A stretch of 64,000 nt of DNA. Source: Octopus vulgaris (Eukaryota). Each line of letters begins with the position of its first letter. Positions within the stretch are counted from its first letter, which is position 1. This document shows positions 39,720 through 52,900 of the stretch, one piece after another. Under the pieces are notes generated by a model, which was given only the letters and a program-made list of their open reading frames with translations, was not told the origin of the DNA and did no database searches. Position numbers and translations under genes: made by a program. The stretch covers positions 32,364,001 to 32,428,000 of the forward strand of contig OX597834.1 in assembly GCA_951406725.2 (NCBI GenBank), given 5' to 3'.

Positions 39720-40190
39720 TAGCCTTGATGGGTAGTAGGTAGCGATTTTCTTCATTACTTCAGGGAGTGGCAACCCTGCCAGACATGAGTCACGGGCTTA
39801 GCTGGCTCCGGCTGACAGTACCCGGTATGGGCCCCTATCCAGTGTTACGGAAAGGAGACAACCTTCAAAGAAATCCAAAGTGGAGCCCCGTAGGTGGTTT
39901 AGTGTTCAACTCGACACTCTTCCGGCAGCTTCTGCAACTAAGCTGGTGCCAAACATAATGCTCTGCACTCCTTTGGACTACGTCAGCAAGGTTGAGAGAG
40001 GAATGCTGATGATTGGGCTACTGAAGATTTTCTTATATCTAGCCCAGGCCTGTGCAAAACTGGAGAGGACACTTCAGTGCTGCTCTAAAAAGCTTTGTTA
40101 CATCTGCATCACCTGCCAGAGGGAGTGTTTGTCCAGGATAGGACTACACAGCCACAGCAGGAGATGTAAAGGACATGAAATGTAAAAACC
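39720..40190 (+). mobile_element. RTE-derived element ending in a C2H2-like zinc finger
   Basis: YICITCQRECLSRIGLHSHSRRC matches the RTE/BovB-type terminal finger; followed by (GA)n. Confidence 0.65.
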
Positions 40191-40210
40191 AGACTGGAGA
40201 GAGAGAGAGA

Positions 40211-40306
<96 letters not shown>

Positions 40307-40609
40307 TGAAGTTGCATGGCTTAGTGGTTAAGGTGTTGCATTCCTGATTGTGAGATCATGGTTTCAATTCCCAGACCAGCCTTTGCGTTGTGTTCTTGAG
40401 CAAAACACCCCATTTCACACTGCTCTGCAATCATTTTGTCATCTGATATGTAGCACATTGTGCACCTGTACAGGTAATGTTGATTAGATGGAGGGGGTGA
40501 GTGCTTATGTGAACACAAACATTTGATCACAATCAACAGATCATCCATGAGGTTGTCCAGCAAGAAATTGCAGAACTTTCATGCATCTTCTAACGACAGG
40601 AGAGTCCAT

Positions 40610-40935
40610 AATGTGATGGCCATCCACTTGTGACTGAAAAGACCCAGCACTGACCTTTAGGAACATTGTGTGCTCAAGACTACCGTATACTTTACACTTG
40701 TGGCTCCATTGGTGACCAACAAGCCCTGCTCTTGACAAACATACACGACTGCAAACATTGCAGACCAAGCTTTCCCTGTTCCGTATACTAGCAATGTGTT
40801 TTTGAACAGCATGTTTAAATTCTTCATGAAGAATACGGGCTCTTTCAAAGGTATTGACTCTCTGCTTTACCCGTTTCCTCCATCCATGGCAATGACAAGC
40901 ACTGCTCTCCCAGTTAGCATCCCGCATTTCACAGG
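40610..40935 (-). mobile_element. RTE-clade LINE 3' fragment
   Basis: WESSA...WRKRVK...VCNVCSRVCLSRAGLVGHQWSH matches the RTE C-terminus. Confidence 0.7.
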
Positions 40936-41033
40936 CCTTTAATCAGGACTTACATAGATATATACATACACACATTTAAACATAAGTGTGTGTGTGTGTG
41001 TACACTCATACACAGACACACACACATATATGC

Positions 41034-41400
41034 AGTGGAGGCGCAATGGCCCAGTGGTTAGGGCAGCGGACTCGCGGTCATAGGATCGCGGTTTCGATTC
41101 CCAGACCGGGCGTTGTGAGTGTTTATTGAGCGAAAACACCTAAAGCTCCACGAGGCTCCGGCAGGGGATGGTGGTGATCCCTGCTGTACTCTTTCACCAC
41201 AACTTTCTGTTTCTGTTGTACCTGTATTTCAAAGGGCCGGCCTTGTCACTCTCTGTGTCATGCTGAATATCCCTGAGAACTACGTTTAGGGTACACGTGT
41301 CTGTGGAGTGCTCAGCCACTTACACGTTAATTTCACGAGCAGGCTGTTCCGTTGATTCGGATCAACCGGAACCCTCGTCGTCGTAACCGACGGAGTGCTT
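41034..41400 (+). mobile_element. Family-C SINE head with an alternative 3' body
   Basis: First ~170 bp match 9676-9840; the rest matches the element at 23590-24212 and 38690-38860. Confidence 0.85.
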
Positions 41401-41789
41401 CCTCCTAAACACATATATGCAAATGCATGATGTATAAAAATAATTATTGATTAGTTTTTTGGTGAAACAGACATTCCACGGTCCATTTGGATTCCTTTTT
41501 AAGCTAAAACATTCCAATGAGGTTTATTGTTCACAAATGCAATTAAGAAACAAAATTAAACGATGACCTCTACAGAGGTGATGAATATATATTGTTTAAT
41601 ATAAATAGAATTAAATGACTCCTGTTACCTGCTAATATTGATTAGCCTCTGGTCAGTTTTGATCAAAGAGAGGAGACATATAAAATCTGTTTTAGTTCAA
41701 ATGCAATCTGTCTTTTGAGGCATATCATCATCGTCCCCCTCCACACCATCATCATTTTAATGCCTACTTTTCCATGTTTGCATGGGCTA

Positions 41790-42187
41790 CTCTCTTTTTA
41801 CTCTTTTATTTGTTTCAGTCATGTGACTGTGGCCATGCTGGAGCACCGCCTTTAGTTGAGCAAATCGACCCCCAGGACTTATTCTTTGTAAGCCTAGTAC
41901 TTATTCTGTCGGCCTCTTTTGCCGAGCCGCTAAGTTACGGGGACATAAACACACCAGCATTGATGGTCATACGATGTTGGGGGACAAACACAGGCATACA
42001 AACACACACATGCATATATATATATATATACGACAGGCTTCTTTCAGTTTCCGTCTACCAAATCCACTCACAAGGCTTTGGTCAGCCCGAGGCTATAGTA
42101 GAAGACACTTGCCCAAGGTGCCACGCAGTGGGACTGAACCCGGAACCATGTGGTTCGTAAGCAAGCTACTTACCACACAGCTACTTC
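41790..42187 (-). mobile_element. Family-A SINE
   Basis: Reverse complement of the family-A consensus; inverted partner at 42523-42940. Confidence 0.88.
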
Positions 42188-42522
42188 TATGTTAGAGAGT
42201 TTTTTGAGGCAAACTTTCTCCAGCTGGATGCATTCCCTGTCACCAACCCTCACCTGCTCCCAAGCAAGGTAATTAGGATTGGCAACAGGAAGAGCACCCA
42301 GCCATAAAAAACATCTGCCTCAGTAAATTCCGTTCAACCCATACAAGCGTGGAAAAGTGGATGTTAAAACAATGATGATGATGATGGTGGTTTGTGAATT
42401 TAAGTCACCCTGCAATTTACCTATTTACAGCCAGGTAGGTGTTGCTGTCCAGCAGGTGAGTTTTGATTATTAGGTGTCTTGACCATAGATAATAATCATC
42501 AAGCTGATTTGGTGATATGATA

Positions 42523-42692
42523 GGGGTGGCTGTGTGGTAAGTAGCTTGCTTGCCAGCCATATGGTTCCAGGTTCAGTTCCACTGCATGGCACCTTGGACA
42601 AGTGTCTTCTACTATAGCGTTGGGTCAACTGAAGCCTTGTGAATGGATTTGGTAGACGAAAACTGAAATAAGCCTGTCCTTTATATGAATAC

Positions 42693-42737
<45 letters not shown>

Positions 42738-42940
42738 TGTGTGTGTCTGTGTTTCCCCCCACCACCACCATTGCTTGACAATGGATGTTGTGTGTTTACG
42801 TCCTCCGTAACTTAGCGGTTCGGCAAAAGAGACCGATGGAATAAGTACTAGGCTTACAAAGAATAAGACCTGGAGTCGATTTCCTCGATTAAAGGTGCTC
42901 CAGCATGGTCGCAGTCAAATGACAGACAAATAAAAGAAAA
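42523..42940 (+). mobile_element. Family-A SINE
   Basis: Full-length, slightly diverged copy. Confidence 0.85.
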
Positions 42941-43450
42941 TCCTACTGATATACACACACATAACAAATTCCTTGTTAAAAATATATATATATTCCTTTA
43001 CTTAAGTAAAATATTGTGACTAAAATTTTTTAAAAAATTCTTTTGTTGGTTTCAGTCATTGGACTGCAGCCTTGTCGTGGCAATAACTTTAAGTGTTAGA
43101 TAAAAACTTAGATCCAGCCCAGGCTAGTACAATAAAGTTATGTCTGTTGGCCTTGTGGCATATAAAGCAGTCGTCAACAACAACAAATAGCAACAAGAAT
43201 ATTGTAGAGCGATCTTTGGTTTCGGGTATATGTATTTGCGGAACTAATCATTCATTCTAACTTTGGTACCTGGCTAGCAATTTTAGGAAAGAGGGCGAGT
43301 CGATTACATCGATCCCCAGTGCTCAGCTGGTACTTATTCTATTGACTCCGAAAGGATAAATAGCAAACTCGACTTCGACGAAATTTAAAATCAGAACGTA
43401 AAGTCGGAAGAAATATCGCTAAACATTTCGTCCGGCTTGCTAACGATTCT

Positions 43451-43670
43451 ACCTATTTCTTTACTATCCACACAGAGAGGACAAACAAGGACAGACAAAC
43501 GGATTAAGTCGATTACATCGACCCCAGTACGTAACTGGTCCTTAATTTATCGACCCCGAACGGATGAAAGGCAAAGTCGACCTCGGCGGAATTTGAACTC
43601 AGAACGTAGCGGCAGGCGAAATACCGCTAAGCATTTCGCCTGGTGTGCTAACGTTTCTGCCAGCTCGCCG
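43451..43670 (-). mobile_element. Family-B SINE adjoining an older family-B copy (43270-43450)
   Basis: Core gaaaggcaaagtcgacctcggcggaatttgaactc. Confidence 0.8.
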
Positions 43671-44094
43671 AAGGACTAATAACAAAACCAAAACAATTTG
43701 GGAAAATACAAAAATAAACGAACTTGGATATCCTGAGAAAGCGGAACGAATAATAAGTAAATCCTTAAAAGTCACAATAAATAACCTATTTAGTAACCTG
43801 TTAGGACTATTTTTTTTTATTTATTAAAAGATTTTACAGTTTAAAAGGCAACACTATTGTTTTGACTTTAATGATGAAGTTGTAAATGTAACGTCGAAGA
43901 CCAACAAATAAAATAATAATGATACTGTTACACTTCTTCAAACACTTAACCAAATCTTAATAAGGTTTACAAGAAAAAAAACCCCCCAGCCCCTATTTCT
44001 TTCCATGTAAATGAAAGTTTATCCAGTGTTATTATAAATTTAATAAAGAGATTTTTTTTTACATTCAGACATCATTTTTTTCCAGTTGTATGGC

Positions 44095-44440
44095 ATCTCA
44101 CCTGTCAGCATTTAAATATGCAAATATCTTGTTTCTTGACATCGCTGGCAGAGACTTAGGCGCAGCTTGTAGAAATTAAAGCGAAGCCAAAACATAAGAA
44201 TAACGGAAACTTTCCGAGGAAGTTATAAAAGAAATTTGCGAAGATTTAACCGAAGAGAATATCAAATTAATACATATATTTAATAAAATTTAATAAATGA
44301 CTTTTATCTATTTATATTCGTTTCGCTTACTCGGATACCCAAGCCAAGCTTTTGCATTTCCCCTGATTATTTTGGTTTCGTTATCAATACCGCAGATGTT
44401 ATGTACTTAAAACCGAAGACCGCCATATTCCAGTATTAGA
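44095..44440 (-). promoter_or_regulatory. Candidate CpG-rich promoter / 5' exon region
   Basis: Repeat-free and CpG-retaining. YY1-like AATATGGCGG at about 44420-44430, GGAA ETS-like cores near 44205-44222, and minus-strand donors CGA|gtaagc (44331/44330) and CAG|gtgaga (near 44101). Confidence 0.35.
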
Positions 44441-45164
44441 AATATCCAGCCAAGGCTAGACTGAATACTTTTATTAATCTTTTATTTGATACTTTGATGT
44501 AAAAACCTTTTTCAAATCGTCTTAATCTTCTGTTGTAACCGAATTCGCATCTAAGATGCTTCTGTTATCTTTGTTTTTTACTTGTTTCCGCCATTGGAGA
44601 GCGGCCATGCTGGGGGGGTGAACAAATCGACGTTAACAAGCCAACCACTTGTCTTGGGGACAATGTGTGTAGAGGGGATAGGATGTGTTATAATACCATT
44701 CCACATATACAAAAACAGTCATACCAACAATCCAACATACCTCCACCATCAGCTGCCCAACGGATATTATTATGGTTTCGACACCTGAGCAGTACCATTC
44801 AATCCGTCGGTGTCAACAGCACTAAAATAAGTTTTGATTAGGAACAAATAAACCAAAGAAACCACATCTTTCAAACACATTATATACACACATACACAAG
44901 TTAGCATTAAACTTAAGGGTTACTCAATACTCTTTAGTAGATTACACGTTTATAAACTTTTACATAAAGAGGGTTGATAGTGCACATACATACATATATA
45001 TAGTTTCCATCTAACAAATTGTACTCGCAAAGCATTAGTCAACCCAAATCCATCATTAAAAATATTAGCTCAAAAGTAATGCACATAGGGATCGAATTGA
45101 AAGCATGTGGTTGCTAAGTGAAGTTTCTTTACCATACAGCCATGCCTGCGTTAAGACTATCATT

Positions 45165-45430
45165 TCCTTACATTATTTACAACAGATGGAAAGGTATCCT
45201 CACCTTGTTTGTTGTTATCACAACATTTCGGCTGACGTACTCTCCAGCTTTCATCAGGTGTTTTGGTGGAATTTCGAACCCGACCCTTTATTTGACTAAT
45301 GGAGAGAACATCAGCCGAAACGTTGTGATAACAATAAACACACAAGTTCTAATGAAAGACAACGTAGGAACACCTATCCGTCCATTGTAAATAATGTACA
45401 TAATTCCTCATCCCCAAAATATAGAACAGT
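45165..45430 (-). mobile_element. Penelope-like terminal fragment with a hammerhead-like core and a partial inverted copy
   Basis: Minus strand CAC-CTGATGA-AAGCTG...CAGCC-GAAA-TGTT-GTG at about 45265-45218; inverted partial copy at about 45300-45335. Confidence 0.6.
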
Positions 45431-46159
45431 TTTATCATTTCCTTCTTTCAGATCCAGTGTTGCCATTGTTGTTGTACAAAGTTCTTTTCAATAAATGTTA
45501 TTGTTTAGCCCCATACAGACTTCCAAAGAAATGCATTCCAACCGCGAGCATCTCGTCTTCTTTCCACGTTCAGAGAACACGGGCTTACATCATCCAACAT
45601 GACCTTTCCCAAAATGCTACGGTTTGATTTGAGGAAACTCCGTTATTTCCAGCAGATCTAGAGACCACGTAGGAGCTTTCACATAGACTCGTTACTCCTT
45701 ATGGAAAAAAGATATGTCTTTAATAGTAAACATAAATGCTTGATTCTTTGTGTAGGTTTTCACACTCAAATATAATTAATCCTTCTATAGTCACAAGGCC
45801 TGAGATTTTGGAGGAGGGGCTAGCCAGTAACATTGACCAATTAACTGTACATATATCATCGACCCCGAAAGGATGAAAGGCAAAGTCGACCTCGTCGGTA
45901 TTTGAAAACATAATCACTAATATTAAACTAGAAAAATCCCCACAAAATCGTTTGAAATTGGCCAAAATAGAATTGTAAAGAATTAACCATAGGTAGGTAT
46001 AATTGCCAACCATACAACCAGAGATGAAAAAATAAGTTGATCAGAGAGCCCTTTCTGCATGGTCGTCTGACACACAAACAATAATAGCCAAAGCTAGTCT
46101 CCGTTAGTCTCTTGGTTAATTTTATCCAAAATACCCTAGACAACGTATTATAAAACCTC

Positions 46160-46482
46160 TTTTTCTCTTGGCTTTATTGAGAAAATTCTATAGTTTGTAA
46201 GATATTTGTTGTTTTTTCTTCAATTTCTGCAATTTCAACCAATCAATGACGTCTATTGAGGTGAAAACATTCTGTGCCGTATGAATATGTCCCTCGTTTA
46301 AGAAACAGATTGGGTTTATTTACATTTGTGAAGAAAAAAAGATAACCTTCCCCCACCCCTAACTCTAACCCTAACCCTAAAACAGATTGAAATGCAATAG
46401 ATCGACACTAGGGTCATAATTATGGGTGACAATTTCATATGACGCCGCTAGAAAAAACTGCCGTTCAAACCGAAAAGATCCC
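46160..46482. mobile_element. Truncated DNA-element fragment containing (CCCTAA)n
   Basis: ccctaactctaaccctaaccctaa at about 46357-46380 and a terminus-like ccgttcaaaccgaaaagatccc. No second TIR is visible. Confidence 0.35.
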
Positions 46483-46979
46483 TAATGTATTCTTCGCCGC
46501 CTTTTATTTTTTATCGGACAGCAGAGAGTACTATGAGGTAGTTCGGGCTGTTATTTTTCTTAAGTCGAACGACCGCATAGAGCTCTCTTCTTAGCTTATC
46601 ACGTTCTATCTCTGGTCGTATGTTTAGCAAACTTAGCTATGGTTGGTTCTTTTTCACAATCACTGTAATGTATCCATACATATTATTACATCATTATAAC
46701 TGCCGATATATCACTATCATCGTTGTCATCAAATTTGCAGAGAAGGGCAAGGTGTTTTCTTTTTATCGAGTACCCCAGGCAATTGATATAAATCTACATC
46801 TGCCCTAAGCATGCAAACACAAGTTTTACTTTATAGGGTAGCATGGGGTGGGTTTCGCTGAGGCGCTTTTCACAATGTCAGGTTCTCAAAATAAAATGAT
46901 AAATAAGAAAAAAAACTACTAGTATTTTTGTTTTAATGACAGAGAAAAATCACCAAATTTGCTTCCAGTTGTGTTAAAA

Positions 46980-49900
46980 AAGTCAACTACAGTTATCTTT
47001 GCTAAGCATAAAACCAGAGATAAAAGGATATTAAGTTAACGAGAGACCCTGTTTTCGTGCTAGAAGTAACAGGTAAAGCTACCGCCTCATCACCCTCTTG
47101 GATAATGCAGTCTTAGATACATTGGGTAATGTATCATAGAAGGACTGCATTATATGAAATATCTTTCCCTCTATTTTTTTTTCTGGACAGCAGAGAGTGA
47201 ACTGAGGTGATTATGACTGTTATTCCTAGCATGTCGAACGACCACGTAGAAGCGCTCTGTTGTTGGCTTATCATGTTTTCCCCTGGTGATGGCATGTTTG
47301 ATAAAGTTAGTCATGGCTGTTACTTTTCCGTCGTTTTATTTAGACGAATACCAAGCGATTTTGTGGGTGGGGAATTTTCTATTTTGATATTAATTATTAT
47401 ATTTCATTAATTTAATTATGAAGCCCTTCACAAAGAATTAGACATATTTACTGCTGAATAATGCATTATACCTGTTACACAAAAGGAGTAGCGAGCTTGC
47501 GTGGAAGCTTCTACGTGGTCTCTAGATCTGCTAAAAATAGCAAGTGAGCTCCCTCAAATCAAGCCTTAACATTTTAGAAAAAGACGCGTTTGGTAATGTG
47601 GTTGAGGGTTCAGTGCATGTTGAAAAATGAAGAGATAATCACGGCTTGAGTGCCTTTGATTAAAGGTCTTTTTTGATGAGGGTTGGCCTGGGGCTAAACA
47701 GGGACTATAATAACAATAATGGTGATAGTAAATCAATTTGAGAGTCAGAAATAGGATTAAAAAAAAGCAAAGAAAAGATCGGATCGGATGGGCATTGTAG
47801 GAACGACTGTTTAATCAGACTAAACAACAACAAGAGATATGATGAGTCAACAAAGGTAAACCAATAACAAGACATGGAAATATAGAGATTTCTAAAATGG
47901 TCACAAAAATATTTATGGGGATATGAATCGATCTTAGTCATTCCTTGACTGGGTCCGACCTTACTATGAATGTATTTGCTCGTCGTTCGCTCGACTGAGC
48001 CAACCCACGGGCCTCAGCACAGAAATTTTATTAAAAATATACTATATCAATATGTCTGCTTCTCATAAGGGAGACTTCAAAACAAAAACAAAAACATTCT
48101 CGAAAATATTGAGAAACTATTTAATAAAACAATATGTTATAAATCTCTATTTTTGTAAAATAGAGTTCTATAAATAATATAGACCTCTATATTTAAAAAA
48201 AATAAAGATGCTACTATTAATAAAACTTCTTAACGACATATAATTCTCAAAAGTTGATAGAGAACGGGAGGAAGAGAGAGGAAGATAGCTTCCATTTTGA
48301 AAAACCAGCAAACGTGTTGACATTTTATAAATATAATCTCCTTATCAAACATCATTTTTCTTTTTAATTATTTTTGCAGGATCGATATCCTGTTATGATC
48401 TTCTTTCGCTCTAATTATTTCCTTTTATTTGCTTCGTACAAAAACATTTCTCCAAGAAACACCTAAGGCTAAGAACATTAGAGTATTTATTTATATTTTG
48501 CTAATGTCTGACTAAATATCAAACACGTCCATATTTGTTTGGCCAGATTTTGTTTCGAAGCAAACATTAGTAATTTTCTATGACTTTTCTCTCCTATTTT
48601 TATCCATTTTCTCAAGAAACTAATTATTTATTTATCATTATATTTTGAAAACCCCATTTTGTGAAAAGTGACCACGTCAACGAACCCTAAAAAATATTGG
48701 GTCGACAAACTTCTTATAAATATTTACATATATCAACTGAATGGCAGCGATCGAATGAAAATAAAGCATCATGCCCCTTTCTCTACAAAGTTTGACGGTT
48801 TTGGTGATGGTGATATGATGTAATATTAATGTGGATACATTATGATGATCATCGAATTTTCGTATACAAACAACAAATATCGAATTTGAATGGTGAGAGA
48901 GAGGGAGGTAGGGGCGGTGCATCTGGGAACATATAATGTACTTTTACTAGAGATGGAAACTTAGGTCATTGACTTCTCCACAACAAAGCTTGCGAGGGAA
49001 TCGATCTGGTCGGTTGACCTGCTACAAAATTACAGCCAAATCTCCCTCAAACTACACCCTTCTGTATTCAAGCCGTAAAGGCAGTAATTAAGAATATAGG
49101 CATAGAAACACTGCCCGGGAAAAAACAAAAGATGTTGTGGTCACGGCTGGAACGTCTATGGACATTAGTTTACTCTTTAAGGGCTGAGTTGGAAATCTAA
49201 ATAACAATATAATACTCGCGACTGCAATGCTCAAGATGAACACTATAATGTTTGTATTAGAAGGGAACTTCAAGAGTTACAATGAATGAATAAAATTGTG
49301 ATGTGGTGAGAAGCATGCCTTACCCAGGCACGTTAGCAATATAAGCAAAGTGAAATAGTTATGACTGGGAAATGAAATTTAACTGACGAACTCAGAATGC
49401 CATTAAAAATCTCCGAAAAACCCATAATGTAATATTTAGTGGGCATTTTATGTTCCGAGTTCAAATTCCGCTGAGGTCATCTTTGCTTTTCATCTTTCCA
49501 AGGTCGATAAAAGAAAGTACCAGGCAAATAACTGGTGCCGATTAGATTTATATTCCAATAACGCATCCTGGATGCAAATGGAAATATCATTATTATAACG
49601 GAATAAGATCCTTCAAAAGTATAAAACGGCAAAGTCACCCTCGGCGTGATTTGAACTCAGAGCGTAGAGGAAAGTGATAAAAGTACAGTTAAGTGGTTAA
49701 TCCGGAGCAAAATTAGAAGAGAGGGGGAGGAACGATGGGAAGAAGAGGAGTGGAAGACAAGCAGACATTTCAACACTTAAACATTCACACAGATAAATAT
49801 TTACAAATGTTTGCCCAACGCACGCATTCAAGTATTCACTCAAAACTCACACACACATAAAGCAAAGCTGCAGAGTCAACATTAACACAAACATCTATAC

Positions 49901-52900
49901 ACACACTTACACAAATACATACGCAACACTTCACACCCAGGCCTAGACATAATCAACGAAGTACGCATTCGATGTGTTTGTATGTATACATGTATGTATA
50001 TATGTATGTATGTATGCATGTATGTATACCCCCCACACACACACACACAAACACATCGTATTAGCTCTGAACACTTGCACACACTACGACACATACACAA
50101 AAACGTGCCGTCATACCCATACACACAGAGACAATGTGTTTTTGTAACAAAGAATTCGTATGTTCTCAAAGTAAAGTGAGAAAAAGTTTAGCAGTGTTTT
50201 TTTTTCTGTCTTAATTGATTGAGATAAATGGGGAAAGAATAGCAAAAGAAAATCGCCAAAGTTTGCTTCGAAATCAACCATAAATGTCTTTGCTAAAGTA
50301 TAAAAGCAGACACGAAAATGAGCAAACAAGAGGGCTCTCTACGCGATTGTTGGACATGCAAGGGTTAACAGCCAAAGCTTTCTCCATATCACTCTCTTGG
50401 GGAATATAACCCTAGATATACTAATAATAAATATATCCCGGAAGGAAAACATTATCTGGCGTATCCTTCCTTATTTATTTATTTATTTATTTTACAGGAA
50501 AAGGTGATTTTGAGGCAATTTTGGCTGCTATTCTTTGTATGAACGACCATGCAGAGAGTCCGTCTCCCTGGCTTATTGCGTTTTGTCTCTGGTGATTGTT
50601 TGCAAAAGTTAGCAATGGCTGTTACTGTTTCATCGTTTTATTTAGGCATATATCAAACAATTTTATGTGTATATGAGGGGAAGCTTTCTATTTTAATATT
50701 AATTATTATATTTCGTTAATTTAATTATGAAGCCTTTCACAAAAAATTAGACATATTTACTGTTGAACAACACATTGTATCTTTCTCACAAAAGGAGTAG
50801 CGAGCCTACGTGGAAGCCTCGACGCGGTCTCTAGATCTGCTAGAAATAACAAGTGAACTTCCCAAAATCAAATTTTTGCATTTTTGAAAAGGTCACGTTG
50901 GATGGGGTGGTTCAGAGTCTTGTGCATGTAGAACAAAACCGAGATAGTCACGGCTGGAAAGCCTTTGATTTGCTATCTGTTTCGATAAGAGCTGACCTGG
51001 GGCTAAGCAACGACTACGATAATAATAACATTGAGAGCCACAACACTGGTGACAGTAAATCAATTTGGAAGTCGGAAATATTTTAAAATCTGCATGAGAA
51101 AAGCAAAGGAAAAGATCGGACGGACAACTGCAGGGAAAAGCTAACCTGAGCTAAACAACAATATATTTGACGAACTAACAAATGTAGACCAAGAATAAAA
51201 AGTGTGGAAATAGATTTCTAAAATAGGTACAAAGTCAGATTTTTATGAGGATTTTGTATAGACCTCAATTATTCTTTGAGGGATTCGAACTTATAACGAA
51301 TGCATTTGCCCGCGTTATCCTGATTAAGCCAAGCAACGGCCCTCACTAAAGCAACTATATTAAAAAATATGTTGTATTAATTATGTCTGCCGTACAAAAG
51401 GGAGACTTCGAAACAATCAATTTCTCCAAAATATATAGAAAATATTTAGTAAATAACATCAACAATATAATGTCTATTATAGATCTTTGTTGTTGTGATT
51501 TTAAAAGAATGCATTATTTATTTATCTTTTGAAAGGGTGCTTTTTAAAGTTACGTCATGCATTTATTGTAATAAAAACTTCACAAAAACATCTAATTCGG
51601 AAAAGTAGGTGGATAGAGAAAGTTAGCTTCCATTTTGAAAAACTAACAAACGTGTTGATATTTTAAAAATTTAATATCAACAAACATTATTTTACTTTTT
51701 AAATATTTGTGCAGGATCGATGATATCCTGTTTCGATCTGTAACGCCCTAATTCTTTTCTTTTTCTTGAACTCGAAGGAACAGCTAAGACTAAGAACATT
51801 AGCTGAGGCCTTTATTGACTCTTTAATGTCTGACTAATATCAAATACTGCCATTTTTGTTTGGTCAGATTTTGCATCGAAGCAATCTTTGGCGGTTTTCT
51901 CTTGCATTTCTCTCCCGTTTTCACCCATTTTCTTGACTATTTAATACAAAGACACAGCTAAATTGCTTTGCTTTTTTTTCTTTTATGCAACATATTTTTA
52001 AGAACTCGATTTGTGAAAAGCGCCTAAGCTAAACTGCCCGATAAAATACAACTATACCCAGTCTTTGTGCGATTGGGTTTTGTTTATATATATACATATA
52101 TATCATTTGTGTGAGGTGATCGAATGAAAGTAAAGCATCATGCCCCTTTCTCTACAAAGTTTGTCGGTTTTGGTGATGGTGATATGATGTAATATCAATG
52201 TGGATACATTATGATGATCATCGAATCTTCGTATACAGACAACAAACATCGAATTTAAATGGTGAGGGAGAGAGAGAGGTAGGGGGCGGTGCATCTGGGA
52301 ACATAGAATGTACTTTTACTTGAGATGGAAACTTAGGTCATTGACTTCTCCACAACAAAGCTTGCGAGGGAATCGATCTAGTCTGTTGACCTGCTACAAA
52401 ATTACAGCCAAATCTCCCTCAAACTACACCCTTCTGTATTCAAGCCGTAAAGACAGTAATTAAGAATATAGGCATAGAAACACTGCCCGGGAAAAACAAA
52501 AGATGTTGTGGTCACGGCTGGAACGTCTATGGACATTAGTTTACTCTTTAAGGGCTGAGTTGGAGATCTAAATAACAATATAATTACTCGCGACTGCAAT
52601 GCTTAAGATTAACAATATAGTGTTTATATTAGAAGGGAACTTCAAGGGTTACAATTGGTGAATAAGATTGTGATGTGGTGAGAAGCATGCCTTACCCAGG
52701 CACGTTAGCATATAAGCAAGGTGAAATAGTTATGATTGGGAAATGAAATTTAACTGACGAACTCAGAATGCCACTAAAAGTTTCTGCCTAATGTGTGATT
52801 CGATTTGATGCGACATTTCGTTGTGACATTTTATGTTCCGAGTTCAAATTCCGCCGAGGTCAATTTTACTTCTTCACATTTCTGGGTTCAATAAAAGAAA

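Noticed and set aside
41034-41110. Additional tRNA genes in SINE heads
   Set aside because: A/B boxes are present but the cloverleafs are imperfect and run into repeat bodies; these are SINEs.
46355-46382. Telomere
   Set aside because: Only about four CCCTAA-like units inside a repeat fragment.
48677-52294. Duplicated minus-strand ORF MHRP...
   Set aside because: The copies differ by an indel near the start and diverge at the end, with no homology recognised. The similarity is explained by the DNA duplication.
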